This document shows positions 10,798 to 22,900 of a stretch of 64,000 nt of DNA, in pieces; position 1 is the stretch's first letter, and every line of letters starts with the position of its first letter. The notes beneath the pieces were generated by a model. It saw only the letters and a program-made list of their open reading frames with translations, searched no databases and was not told the origin of the DNA. Made by a program: the position numbers and the translations under genes. This stretch comes from Rebecca billardiae RCC1528 (taxonomy: Eukaryota; Protista; Haptophyta): NCBI GenBank assembly GCA_965240325.2, contig OZ251243.1:1054001-1118000 (forward strand), in the 5' to 3' direction.

Positions 10798-13700
10798 CTA
10801 CTCCCTGCGGTAGGATTCGCCGCCACCGTCAGCGTCATCGTCGCCCTCCTCCTCGATCTCCGCGTCGATCTGGACCGTCGGGAGCCGCCCGCCGCCGGGC
10901 GGCGCGATCAAAGTGTCCGGCCCACCGGCCGGCGGCGCGCCCGTGAGCGGATCGGAGGGCGCCGCGCCGCGGCCAAAGCTGCGCGTGCACGAGCGGCCGA
11001 ACCGCCCGCTGTCGGCGCCGTCCGCGCCGCCGCCGCCGCCCGGCGCGCCGCGCTGATGCTCCGAGCGGCTGCTCACCGAGCGCTCCGAGGGCCAGCGCCC
11101 GATGGCCGGCGGCGCAATCTCGGGCACGGGGCGCGCGAGCGCCTGCGCGTACGAATCGTGCGTGCCGTACCCGAGGTCGTGCACGACGTGGCGCAGCACG
11201 GCGTGGAAGCGCGTCGGCGCGAAGAGCGCGTATCGGAGCGTGTCGATCGAGTACATCGTCGAGTCGATCACGGCGCAGATCTGCGTCACGTCCGCGTCTG
11301 TCAGGTCGCCGCCCTGCGCGAGCGTGCGCACGCGGTTGCGCTTGGTCTCGTTCGCCGCGCGCGCGGTGAGCAGGTTGAGCTGGAGCGTCACCACCGACCA
11401 GTTGCGCAGCCGGTGGTCGTGCAGCTCCTCCTTGGCGCGCGCGAGCACCGGCGCGACCGCCTCCTCCACAACCGCCGCCTTCCGGCTGTCGCCGGCGCAC
11501 GCGTGTGCAAGCTCGGCGTGCGCGTGCACAAAGCCGGCGAGCGCCTCGGTCACCTCGTACGTGCGCTGGAAGAGCGCGTGCCGCCACGCGACCTCGCCCA
11601 CCAGCGGCAGCCCCTGCACCGTGCGCGCCCAGCGCGGCTCGAGCAGCGGCAGCTCGTACAGCAGCACGTCCAGCTCCAGCTCGAACGCCCGGCCCGCCTC
11701 GGCGGCGGGGTGCTCTGCCAAATACTCCTCGCCGCTCGAGAGCGCCTCCACGAGCACGGCGAGCGAGGCCCCGTCGAGCTGCTTGTGTTCGTACGCCTCG
11801 AAGTAGAGCCGGCGGAGGACGGCAAAGAGCTGCGTGACGATCTCGTCGCGCTTCTCCTCGAGCGAGCAGTCGGCGCTGGCGCGGCGCGGGCCGAGGGCGC
11901 CGCCCGCGCTGCGCGGGTCGGCGGCCGTCGCGCCGCCGGCTGCGCCGCCGCCAACCCGCCGCCGGCGCATGCCGCCGCCGCCGTTGGCGGCGTTGGCCTG
12001 GGCAGCCGCGCCGTCGTCGTGTCTGGGCGTGTCTGCGCCGCCCTCGCCGTCGACGCGGAGGCTGACCATCTCCGCCGCCGCGTCCGACTCTGCGCCCTTC
12101 CCGCCGAGCGCGCCGCCCGTCATCCGATCCGTCGGCGCGCCCGCCTCGGCCGCCGCCCCGGGGAGCGCCAGCGCCGCCGCCGGCTGCGCGCCGGCCGCAT
12201 GCGCGCCGCTCGCGCCGTGCTGGTGAGGCTCCGCCTGTGCGAGTGACGCAGAGTCTGCCGCCGCCGCGCACGCGCCGCCGGTGAAGCTCGAGCTGTCCCC
12301 CTCCGCGCGCAGAGGCGCGATCTCGATCGCCTCGCGGCCGTCGCCGCAGCGCTCTGCGCCCTGCGCGGCACTCGCCCCCGCGGCCGCGGCCGCGCCCAGA
12401 ATCGCTCCCATGGCGGGCATCGAGGCGCAGGAGCGGATGCCGGACGCGGGGCCGGCGAGGGTGGCGCGCGGCGACGCGCCGGGCGATTTGAGCCGCAGCG
12501 AGCCCGCGCGCGGGCGGAACGCGGCCGCCTCGGCGCGCCACGCCGCGCGCGGGTTGGCCGCGTGCCGATCGCGCATCCGCGGCGCGCTCGGCGGCGCGCC
12601 CGGCGCGCGACCACCTGGGCTTGGCCCACCGCTGGTGCCGCCGCCCGGACCGCCGCCGCCTACGGGGAGCGACCCGGTCGAGAGAGAGCGCAGGCGGAGG
12701 TCGTACGCCGATGCCGCCACGGGCTCGGTCTCGACGCGCAGCCGCGAGGCGCCGCCGCCACCGCCGGCGGCGGCGGCGTCGGCGGCGGCGGCGCACGGCG
12801 CGTCCACGGCAGCCGCCGCAACCGGCTGCGGCGCTGCGCCCGACGCGCCGCCCGCGCCGAGCCACGAGCCGCGCCGCCCCGGCCGGTGCGAGCGCGGGCG
12901 CGCGAGGCGCGCGAGCGGGCTCATCGGCGAGGGCGCCGGCGGCGCCGGCTCCTCCGCCGCGCCCGACGCGCGCACGAAGCCGCTGCTCCCCCCGGCCGTG
13001 TGATCCTGATGGGGCGTGGTGTTCGGATCGCGAGAGTCCAGGGCCTCCAGCCAAGCGAGCACGCGCGCCGCGGGGCCCTCCGGCCGCGCGCTGTCGGCGA
13101 CGATGGCCTCGCGCGTGGGCGCGGTGGTGACGATGCGGCGCACCACCTCCTGCCCGAAGATGTCGATCCGCGTCGACGCCGGGATCTTCAGCCGGTTGTC
13201 GTCCTGCACGAACAGTCCGGTGAAGTCCGGCACCAGCAGCTGCACGACCTCCCAGTCCGCCTGTGCAAACAGCCAGTGCGCGTCGAGCGCCTCGCGGATG
13301 CTCGCCATCGCCTCGGTCTCGAGCTTGGCCACGACGCCGCGGACGAGGACGTCGCGGTACCGGTTGGCCGGGTACAGCTTGAGCCGGTCGTACAGCGCGG
13401 ACGTCGTCGTCCCGTTGATCAGCATCGTCAGCGCGACCGTGCCCGCGACGTGGTAGTGCACGCGCTCGCGGTCGGCGGCAGACACCGCGTCGTCGTGCAC
13501 GACTAGCAGGGAGAGCGAGAGACCGACGGCGCCGCGCAGCCCGGCGAAGATGATGATGGCCGACTCCTTGAGCGTGAGCGAGTAGCCCAGCCGCGAGAGG
13601 ATCGGGTACAGCAGACCCACCGTCAGCGCGCGCACGGCGTGCAGCAGCACGTACAGCGGCAGCGCGTGCCACCACGCGACCGTCGACGCCGGGCCGGCGA

Positions 13701-14772
13701 GCGCCGACCACGCGGCGATGCCCGCGACAAAGAAGATGATGGTCTCGGTGAAGTGCGCGAGCATCGGCATGACCGACTCGGCGACGGCCGTCGCGTGCGG
13801 CGAGAACGCGTACTTGCCGCGCCGCGCCATCAGCAGCCCGAACGTGACCAGCGCCAGCACCCCGCTCACGCCCGCGACCAGCTCGGCGATCCCGAAGCAC
13901 GCGTACACGGACAGCAGTAAAATACCCACCTCGACGCGGAAGTCGTTCTCGACGAAGCGGAGCCAGGTGACCACGGCGTAGAAGCAGGCGACGCCGAGCG
14001 CCGCGCCGCCCACGCACAGCCGCGCGAACACGAGCGCGCCCGAGCCGAACGAGTGCGACTCGCCGCCGAGCGCGTCCTGCCGGATGTTGTGCATCCACAC
14101 GGAGAACATCACCATCGCAGAGCCGTCGTTGAGCAGAGACTCGCCGTCGATCACGTCGGAGAGCTTCTCGGGCGCGCCGAGCGCGTGCAGCGTCGAGACC
14201 ACCGCCACCGGGTCCGTCGCCGTCACGATCGAGCCGAGCATCAGCGAGACGTTCCAGTCCCACGGCGCGCCGTCCTCGCCGTACCCGCTCGAGTACCGGA
14301 GGACGACGCCGACGATGAAGAGCTGGATGAGCACGCCGGGGAAGGCGAGGAGGAAGGCGCTCGCGCCGACGCGGCGGAACACGTGGTAGTTCATGTTCGA
14401 CGCCGACTCGTAGATCAGCGGCGGCAGCAGCACGAGCAGGATCACGTGCGGGTCAATGAACTGCGCAGAGTCGAGCGCGTCCGCGAGCGGGTCGGCCTCC
14501 CTGCGTACCGGCTGGTGGCGGCCGTGCGCGGCGTCGTCGATCACGGAGGCGAGCGCGCCCGTGAGGAACACCGAGAGCGTGTACGGCGGCAGCTGCACGC
14601 GCGGCCAGCGCTGCCGCGCGAGCGGTAGCAGCTGCGTCTCGACGAACCGAAGGGTCGTGCCGACCAGCAGGCCGACGCACGCGAGCACGACGACGTGCGA
14701 GGTGGCGTGGTCGCCCGTCGACACGTCGGCCTCGACGGAGTGCTCGTCGGACTCGACGGGGTGCTCCACCAT
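10798..14772 (-). CDS. SOS1/NHX7-like (CPA1) Na+/H+ antiporter with long cytosolic tail
   Basis: Likely ATG 14772. IDPHVILLVLLPPLIYES, LLAFPGV, ATDPVAVV, IDGESLLNDG, SGVLALV, GLRGAVGLSL, TMLINGTT; SOS1-like helical tail (LAGFVHAH). Confidence 0.92.
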   Translation of the reverse strand: MVEHPVESDEHSVEADVSTGDHATSHVVVLACVGLLVGTTLRFVETQLLPLARQRWPRVQLPPYTLSVFLTGALASVIDDAAHGRHQPVRREADPLADALDSAQFIDPHVILLVLLPPLIYESASNMNYHVFRRVGASAFLLAFPGVLIQLFIVGVVLRYSSGYGEDGAPWDWNVSLMLGSIVTATDPVAVVSTLHALGAPEKLSDVIDGESLLNDGSAMVMFSVWMHNIRQDALGGESHSFGSGALVFARLCVGGAALGVACFYAVVTWLRFVENDFRVEVGILLLSVYACFGIAELVAGVSGVLALVTFGLLMARRGKYAFSPHATAVAESVMPMLAHFTETIIFFVAGIAAWSALAGPASTVAWWHALPLYVLLHAVRALTVGLLYPILSRLGYSLTLKESAIIIFAGLRGAVGLSLSLLVVHDDAVSAADRERVHYHVAGTVALTMLINGTTTSALYDRLKLYPANRYRDVLVRGVVAKLETEAMASIREALDAHWLFAQADWEVVQLLVPDFTGLFVQDDNRLKIPASTRIDIFGQEVVRRIVTTAPTREAIVADSARPEGPAARVLAWLEALDSRDPNTTPHQDHTAGGSSGFVRASGAAEEPAPPAPSPMSPLARLARPRSHRPGRRGSWLGAGGASGAAPQPVAAAAVDAPCAAAADAAAAGGGGGASRLRVETEPVAASAYDLRLRSLSTGSLPVGGGGPGGGTSGGPSPGGRAPGAPPSAPRMRDRHAANPRAAWRAEAAAFRPRAGSLRLKSPGASPRATLAGPASGIRSCASMPAMGAILGAAAAAGASAAQGAERCGDGREAIEIAPLRAEGDSSSFTGGACAAAADSASLAQAEPHQHGASGAHAAGAQPAAALALPGAAAEAGAPTDRMTGGALGGKGAESDAAAEMVSLRVDGEGGADTPRHDDGAAAQANAANGGGGMRRRRVGGGAAGGATAADPRSAGGALGPRRASADCSLEEKRDEIVTQLFAVLRRLYFEAYEHKQLDGASLAVLVEALSSGEEYLAEHPAAEAGRAFELELDVLLYELPLLEPRWARTVQGLPLVGEVAWRHALFQRTYEVTEALAGFVHAHAELAHACAGDSRKAAVVEEAVAPVLARAKEELHDHRLRNWSVVTLQLNLLTARAANETKRNRVRTLAQGGDLTDADVTQICAVIDSTMYSIDTLRYALFAPTRFHAVLRHVVHDLGYGTHDSYAQALARPVPEIAPPAIGRWPSERSVSSRSEHQRGAPGGGGGADGADSGRFGRSCTRSFGRGAAPSDPLTGAPPAGGPDTLIAPPGGGRLPTVQIDAEIEEEGDDDADGGGESYRRE

Positions 14773-15643
14773 CGGCCTCGGCGCGCGGAGCCGCGGCGGG
14801 GCGCCGGCCCAGCTGCCGCCCGGGCGGAGGCTCGAGGCGCCGCCGTGCAATGGGACCGCGATGCGGCGGCCCGACCCACAGGAGGGGGCGCCGAACTTTC
14901 CGCTTTTCACAAAGCCCGTTCCGGCCGCGAGCTCCACAGCTCGCCAGCAGGCGGTGGCAACCCCGGCCGGGGCCGTGACGTCACCGCATGACCGATAGCG
15001 TGCGGCCCGGAACAACCGGCCGGGCGATGGCGGCAGTGCCTCCGCAGTGAACGCCGCCGCCGACGAGGCTGCAAACGGAAGACGACGGGTACCGGGCGCA
15101 TGCTTTCGTGACGACAGCTTTCGTCGGCGTCGCAGGGATGGCCGTAGTCGGATGAGCCCGCTGCTCAAGGAGATGGGCTGCGTCCGAGGCGCGCCGTGTG
15201 CCGCTGTGAGTACTGAGTGTGACTCACCGCGCGGCGGCCCGCGCTGGCGCCCGCCTGGCCGCAGGTGCCACCGCTCCGGCCCTCGGTTCGGACGGCCTGG
15301 ACTGCGGCTGGACGGCTTACACCGCCCTTGAGGCTTGGGCTTCTCATCATGGCATCATCGCCCAGTAAATCTGATCGTCCGAGCCGACTCTTCTTGACTA
15401 TCTCACAGACTCAATCACATCCGAGTTCATGTGAGACCCGCGGGGACTACGCCGCCGGCTACGCCTAACTACGCGCCGCACATCTCAGAACGCGGTTCGC
15501 AACTCGCCGGTACGGACTTATTGCCACTTAGGCAGCAGTGCCGGTAACGCCTACCCGCACTACCGATGTCGTCCGGGCCGCGGCGGCGGCGCCGCCGACC
15601 CACTGTCGGCTCGGCTCATCTGACAGCAGCACTGGCTGCGGCG

Positions 15644-18600
15644 CTAGTAGTGGATGGCGCGCATGCGCGGGTCTGCGCGCAGCCGCGCGTCCATCTCCTC
15701 GTACTTGAGCAGCGCCTGCTTCTCGTGCCGCTTCAGCCGGTCGTCGATGATCTGGATGCGGAACATGGCCGCCTGGCAGTAGCGCTCGTAGTCCTCCTCG
15801 GTCGCCTTGTCCTGGTGGTCGCGGTTGCGCGAGAACGTCGAGGTGCGCTTGGCGAGGTTGGCGTGCTCCTCGTCCAGCCTCGACTGGATGATCGTCGCGC
15901 GCTCGACGAGGCGGTCCTGCACGGAGGGTGGGCGCGGGGGTGGTGGCGGTGGTGGTGGTGTCAGGGCGGTTGCGCGGGGGCGGGCGCGCACGCATGGCGC
16001 CGAGCCCTGGCGATGCGGTGGGCGCGCCGCCTCGCACGGCCGCCCCGCGCCCGCGCCGCGCGCGCGCGCACCCGCAGGCTCTTGAGGCACGCCTCGCGCA
16101 CGCGCAGCGCCGTGTCCTTGTCCAGCGGCTCGCTCGACTTGGGGTTGGGCAGGAAGGGCGTCAGGTAGTCGTGCTGCGTCGCGGCGGCGGCGGCATCCTC
16201 CTTCCGGTCGGCGTCGAGGTACTGCCTGTTACGCGACGTGTCGTACACGGAGACGAGGAGCTGCCAGTCGGCCTCCTCCTCCTTGCGCTTGGCGAGGATG
16301 TCCTTCATCTGTCGCTCCTGCTCCCGGTACGCCTGCCCAGAGCAACGCCCGGAGGTGCGGTGCGGCGCGGTGGGGTGCGGCGCGGTGCGGCGCGGTGCGG
16401 TGGGGAGGCGCGTGTGGGTTGGCGAGAGGGGCACGCGCCGGGTGGCGTGTGCGGCGTGCGGCGGGCATGGCGCACTCGGCGTCGCGTGGCCGGCGGCACA
16501 CCCCGCCACAGCACCCGGTACGCCGCGCGCCACGCAGCCAACCCCCGCGCCCGGCTGCCCGGCCGGCCGCTCGCTCGCACTCGCGCACGCGCTCGCGCGC
16601 GCGCTCGGCGGCGCGGCGCGAACCTGCATGCAATCTCGCTCCGCCGAGATGAGCGCCTGAAACTCCTCGTGCAGCGCGGCGTTCTGCGGCTTCTTGGCGA
16701 ACGGGTCGACGAGCGTGAAGGTCGCCTGCCCCGTCTCCGTCGAGAACGTCCGCGTCGACGCGGTGATCCGCCCCTCGCCGTGGTGGAAGTAGAGCTGGAT
16801 GAACTGCGCGCGCAGCGCAAACACGCGCTTGGCCACGTCCGCCTCTGCCGGGATGGCCTCGTCGCGCGCGTATTTCTCCGTCATCTTGACGATGACGGGG
16901 TCGGCGTCGGACGCGTCGCGCGGCGCGCCGGCCGACGCCTCGTCGAACGTCACCGAGCGGTACACCAGCCGGTCGTCCCGCCCCACGTACCGCTCGATCG
17001 TCTTCACGCCGAACTCGTCCGTGCGCTCCAGCAGCCCGTCCAGCCGCGCGGCCGGGTAAAAGGTGAGTACGCGCAGCTTGCCCGGCGCGGACGCGTTGCC
17101 CGTGACGAGGCGGTGCTCCTTGAGGCCGAAGGGGCGGCCGGGGAGGAACTGCTCGACCACCTCGTTCGTCGTCACCCGCGTCACGCGCGAGACCAGCCGG
17201 TCCTTCCGGTGCTCGAACGTCTCGTGGATCTCAGACGCGTCCGTGCACGGCGCGTCGTCGTAGAGCGTGAGCCGTCGCACGAGCGCGTCTTTGCGCGCGT
17301 ACGGCGCCCAGGTGTGCAGGATGCCCTTCTTGAAGCGGACCTCCTTGGTGCGCCCGGGGCAGCGCGACTCGAACTCGGCGGGCGTGAGCGCGAGCCGGCG
17401 CACCCACGAGGGCGGCATGTCCAGCTCGTTGTCCGGGCCGACCGTGTCGGCGTGTGCGCCGTTGTCGCCGGCCGCGCCGCCGCCGCCGCCGCCGCCGCCC
17501 GCCGCCGCGCCCGCCGCCGCGCCCGCGCCGCCGCCGCCGCTCGCGGCCGCGGCGCTCGCCTTGGGCGTTGGCGGCGCCTGCTCGGCCGCGCCGCCGCCGG
17601 CCGCCGGCGACGGCGCCGCCGGCGACGCGGCCGGCTCGGCGCCGTCCGCGGCCGGCGCGCCGGGCGCACCGCCCTCCGCCGCCGAGTCGGCCGCGGCCGC
17701 GGCCACCGCGGCCTCGTCCTCCTCGTCGCCCTCATCCACGACCTCCTCCTCGCCCTCCTCGAGGGCGGCGAGCGCGTCGAGCGCGGAGGGCGCCGTCGAG
17801 TCGACGAGCACGTGCTCCCACTTGTCCGTGTCCTGCAGGTCCCACGAGATCTGCGGGCCGTGCACGTGCGTGCCCTGCATGTTCACCCACAAGTTGGCCG
17901 CGTTGAAGATCGCCTCGACGCCATAGTAGGGGACAGAGCCCTCGAGCTTGACGCACGCGCCCGTCGACGGCTCGAGGAAGAAGTGCTCGTCGAGCTGGCG
18001 CTTGCCGGCGAGGAGGAGGACCCACGCGTGGATCCGCCGGCCGCGCAGCTCGTCCATCTCCTCCTCGTCGTCCTCGTCCTCCGCGCCCGCGCTCGGGCTC
18101 GTCGGGCCGGCGGCGGGCGGCGGCGGCGGCGGGCCGTGGCCGTCGGCGGTGGGCGGGAGCGGCGGCGGCGCGGGCGTGACGCCGCCCGAGCGCTTCCTCG
18201 CCTCCTCCTCCGCGGCGGCCTCGGCCTCCTGCTCCTTGAGGAACTTGGACTCGAGCGGCGGGCGCCGCGGCAGCCGGTACTTGTTCTCCTGCCCGCCCTC
18301 CGCCTGCTGCCCGACCTCCGCGCCGCTGTCGGCGGAGACGGCCGCCTTGGTCTGGTTGCACTGCGTCGTCTTCTTATGCGCGTACCCGTACACGACGTAC
18401 GCGTCGTAGCCGACGCCGAGGAGGAGCGAGCAGAGCAGGATGGACACGTCGAAGCAGTCCCCCGCCTGCCACCGCAGCACCGCCGAGGGCGAGGGCATGT
18501 GCCGCGGCAGGTGCGTCGGCAACTCGAGCGGCTCATACGTGACGTAGTCTGCGACAAAGTGCGCGCACTTGTCGAAGTCGTACAGCAGCTTGTACGGCAG

Positions 18601-19102
18601 CTTGGTCGGGCGGACGGTGGTGCAGATGAATTTCTGCGCGAAGAAGCGGCCGCGCGCGCGCGCGCGCCGCGCGGGGCGGCCAAGCGTGTCGGCGTGCGGC
18701 GGCGGCGGGCGCGCGCGCGCGCGGCCGCGTGCGACGCACCGGAACGCCGCACTCGTTCAGCGGGGCGAGGAGCAGCGGCGCGCGCGACGGGTAGAGGTCG
18801 ACGTACTGGCGGTTGAAGTTCTCCACGTACTCGAGCGTCAGCTCCTCCTTCTTCGTGTTAGACCGGTAGCTCGCGGGCTGCTCGGCGAAATCGATCTCGG
18901 CGATTCGCTTGAGCTTTGCGTTCGGCGTCCACTCGATCTCCTCCTCCTCCTCGGGCGGCTCGTCGGAGGCGGCGGAGGCGGAGCCGTCCACGTCGTCATC
19001 CGCCACCGCGGCCGGCTGCGGCGCGGGCGGCGCGCCCTCCTCCTCGCGCGGAGGCTCCGGAGGCGCGTCGGGTTGGCCACCGCTGGTCTCGTCGGCCGCC
19101 AT
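15644..19102 (-). CDS. DRC7: Dynein regulatory complex subunit 7 (CCDC135), 4 exons
   Basis: Exons 19102-18740, 18633-16624, 16332-16072, 15916-15644 give SYRSNTKKEE..ENFNRQY..PLNECGVPKFICTTVRPT, GDCFDVSILLCSLLLGVGYDAYVVYGYA, HAWVLLL..FFLEPSTG, DYLTPFL, DRLVERATIIQSRLD, FRIQII. Confidence 0.95.
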
Positions 19103-19188
19103 GGTTGCGCAGCAACGCCCGGGCGCAGATTCGAAACGGACGGGAGAGCCGGCTCTCTCACCAGCAGACTCTCCGTCTTTTCCGAATA

Positions 19189-19783
19189 CAGGTGGGTGAG
19201 GGCAGAATGAGACAAAATCCCGGATCGTATTTTGCGCTCCACCACGATGGCGCTCATGCCGTTGAGGAGCACGAGCACCATCAAGTTTGTCTCACTTTGG
19301 GGGGGTGAGGGCACTTTGAGACAAACCGCGTGCGCACGCCCGACGAGCTCACCAACTGGGGAGAGCAAGCTTCCCATGGGCTCTTGGCGCGTGTCTGACG
19401 TCCCTACTACCTCCCATGGCATGGCCAGCCGTCAGGTTGGCGTCCCCTTGCAGTAGTAGACTACCTTGCTCACGTCACTGAAGGGCACCGTGCATCGCGG
19501 TTCGCGGCCGTCTCACAGTGGCGGGGCACGTTCGGCGGCTACGTTTGGTGCGTGCAGGCCAGGCATGGGCAGCGGAGCGGCCTGCAAACGAGCGGAGGTG
19601 CCAGGCATGCACCTTGGGCACACATGTGACGCGTCTCGACAGACTTGCGTCCACCTCACCGGGCGCTGTAGCGCGTGCGGGGCGGGCGCCATGCACCACG
19701 CCCAGTGGGCGCCACTGGACCGCCACTGGGCCGCCACCTTTGTCTCAAAGTGCCCTCTGTCTCATTCTGCCCTCATCGACCTG
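19189..19783. mobile_element. Tc1/mariner-type MITE (TA TSD, 26-bp imperfect TIR, internal TIR-like repeats)
   Basis: TA|CAGGTgggTGAGGGCAGAATGAGACA ... TGTCTCATTCTGCCCTCAtcgACCTG|TA. Inner inverted pair GAGGGCACTTTGAGACAAA (~19308) / TTTGTCTCAAAGTGCCCTC (~19739). Confidence 0.85.
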
Positions 19784-19987
19784 TAAGCGCATGCTGGCTT
19801 CGGCGCTTCGCCTATGATTTTTTGCGGCTGCTGGTCATCGTTCGTCAGCATGGCTGCCGACCGCCACCCTGGAACAGTCGAACACCCACGTCGCCTTCGA
19901 ACACGCCAGCGCACGCCCCCGCCGCCCCGCGCGTCGCTCCACCATAGCCCAACGGCGGTGCGCACTCTCGCCCAGCGCAGCTGGAGC

Positions 19988-22900
19988 TCAGCCCTTGTTG
20001 TTGGGCGCGGCGCGGTCGGACGAGAGGATGCTGGCGACGAGCTCGTCGATCGACGTCTTGCTCTCGCCGCTCGTCTTCTTGCGCAGCGCCTTGGTGATCC
20101 CGCCCGAGACGCAGATGAACAGCGACTGGATCGTCGCCTGGAACGACCCCTGCGAGAACCACCCCTGCACCGCGAGGAAGATGAACAGGAACAAGAAGAC
20201 GAGCCACAGGATGAGCGCGAGCAGGGAGAGCGCGATCCGCGCCTCCGAGACGCCCATCGAGTCGGCGGCCTCGTCGATCATCTGCGCGACGAGGAAGTCC
20301 CAGCCGTCGTCGAACTCGCGCTGGTCGATCCGCCCGTCCCCCGACACGTCCATGTACGCGAACAGCTGCTCCTTGCGCGCGTCCGACAGCTGCAGGTCCA
20401 GCTTGGAGAACCGCTCGGAGAACTCCTCGAGAGAGAGGCGCGGGTCATCCATCTCGCGCGTGAGCAGACCAAACACGTCGGAGGGCAGCAGCCGCCCGCC
20501 GCCGCCCGCACCGCCGTCGACGGCCACCGCCTCGGCGACCGCGCCGGCGGCGGCCGCCGCGCCCAGCCCATCCGCGCCGCCGCCGCCGCCGCCGCCCGCA
20601 CCGGCCAGCGCCCCCGCCGCCGCCGGTGGCTTGAGCAGACTCACCTCCGCCTCATCGCCGAGGACAAGCGCCTTTGTTCCCAGGAGCTCGGCGCGCGTCA
20701 GCCCGATCTCGCGGAGCTGCGCCCCCTGCTTCTCCGCCTCGATCGCCGCGAGCGCGCGCCGGAGCGACGACTGCAGCCGCGTCTCGAACGCGGCGGACAG
20801 CCGCGAGCGGAGCGCGCTCGCCGCGGCCGAGAGCTCGCGCTTGGTGGAGATGACGACGACGATGCTGACCACGACGGCCGTGCCGGCGGGGAGCAGCCGG
20901 TCCGGGTCGACGATGGACGCGAGGATGCACTGCGCGCGCCGGGGGAGGAGGAGGGGTGCGGGGGCGGGGGCGCACCCGCCGCGCCGCCGCGAGCGCGCGC
21001 CGGGACTCCGCGTGAGGCCGCGGAGCGCAGCGCGCGCGCGGCCCAACACGAAGCAACCCAGTGCGCGCGCGCCCGCTCGGCGCTCGCGTCGCGCTGCTGA
21101 GTACTGCGAGTACTATGGGGGTACTGCGGTGAGTACTTACCCACGTGAGGTTGAGGGTGACGCGCAGCAGCAGCAGCAGCACGTGCAGGCACAGGAGCAC
21201 GGCGTACGCGCTGTCCAGCAGCCGCTTCGCGCGGATCATCCTCGGGCCGAGCGAGAGGTCCGCGTAGTGCAGACCCATGTGCAGCATCGTCGCGTAGACA
21301 AAAACGACCATCTCCACAATCTCGTAACGCACGCTCGGCAGGATCTGCGCCGACTCGCGGTCGAAGAGCGCGGTCCACCACATGCCGCGCATGTCGGTGT
21401 GGAAGGCGTACTGCCAGAGCAGCGGCTGGCGCGTGGCGGTCGTGCGCGAGAAGACCGCCTGCGCGTACACCGCGGTGCACAGCACCGCCATCGACGGCAG
21501 CACGAGCAGCCAGAAGTGCACGAGGACGGTCAGCGCCTCCGCGCCGAACCGGCCGAGCCCGACCGACGCCTCGTCCCTGGGGCCCTCGCTCAGCACGAGG
21601 CCGTGAACGGTGCGCGCGCGCGTCTCGATGCAGCGCACGCCGAGCTCGGCGAGGGCGTGCAGCACCTCGAGCTCCGTCGGCTCGCGCGCGCCCCTCGCCT
21701 CGCACCACAGCCGAAGCTCGGGCCCAAAGCTGCGCTCAGCGCCGGCGCCGCTGGCCGGACCACCCGCAGACTCGGCCGCGTCCGCGGGCACAAAGACGGT
21801 CGCCCCCGCGAGCTCGAGCCGCTCGGACACGAATTGCTTCACGTCCTCCTTGCCACTGAGGAAGTTGGCGGCGGCCTCGGACTCGCCCGCGTGGCTCCCG
21901 CCCGCGTCGGCGTGGCTGCCAGCCGGCCGCGCAAACGACGCGCTGCGCCGCGAAGGCGATGGCCGGCCCGCGGCCGCGTGCAGCTCGGCTGGCGCCGCCG
22001 CCGGCAGCGCCGCCGAGCCAGACTGCGCGCCTGCCGCGCCCTCGGCCGGCGGCACCGCCATCGCTGCCGCGGCCGCGGCCGTCGGCGTCAGCTGCCCTGT
22101 GCACACCGGCAGCGGGGTGCACGCTGACGCCGCGGCGGGCGCACGCTGCGCGTGCGCGGCGCCGCCGCCGGCGGCGGCGGCGGGCGGGTCGGCGTGCGGC
22201 GCGCGCGCGCCGCGCGCCGCCCGCGCCGTGCTGGGGCTGGCGGTCGCCTCCGAGCACGCGTCTTCAAACGCACCGCCGCAGCCGCTCCCGGCCGCGGCAT
22301 AGCCAGGCGGGGGCGCGGGCGGCAGCGGCGGCGCGCCGTCCCGCCACCTCAGCCCGCAGTACCGCTTGACCGGGTACACCGACACTCGGCATCCAAAGTC
22401 GGCGATCAGCGCGCGCTGCAGCGCGTCCCGTGACATCTCGATGTCGAGATCACGCTGGAAGCAGAAGGTCTCGAAGGCGTCGACGAGGTCGGCGAAGGGC
22501 GTAGTGGGGCGCAGCGACGCGGGCGCGCCCGCGGGCGCGCCCGCGCCGCCGGCGCCGCCGCCCGCGCCCCCGCCGCCGCCCGGCGCGAGCCCCGCGCGCC
22601 GGCGCGCGCCCTGCGCCGCCTTGGCCGCGGCGATGCCGTCGAGCTCGCACGCGTGACGCACGAACGCGCGGAGCGAGTGCGTGTGCCGCCGGCGCAGCGG
22701 CGCGACGAAGACGGCGGAGATGAAGACGAGCGGCACCGCGAAGACGTTGAAGCTCGGCACGTCCCCGGACATGTCCGCGCGGTCGGCGTACGCACTCACG
22801 CCGTCCGCCAGCTCCATCGCCAGCCCCTTGTTCTGCAGCACGCGCAGCCGCGAGCGCTGCGCCTTCCACACGCGCACCATCAGCGCGCGCGCGCCGAGGT

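Noticed and set aside
10835-18816. Very long alternative-frame ORFs (e.g. 1142 aa at 10835-14263, 962 aa at 15928-18816)
   Set aside because: Arg/Ala/Gly-rich shadow frames of real genes, expected at this GC content; the same applies to most of the ORF track.
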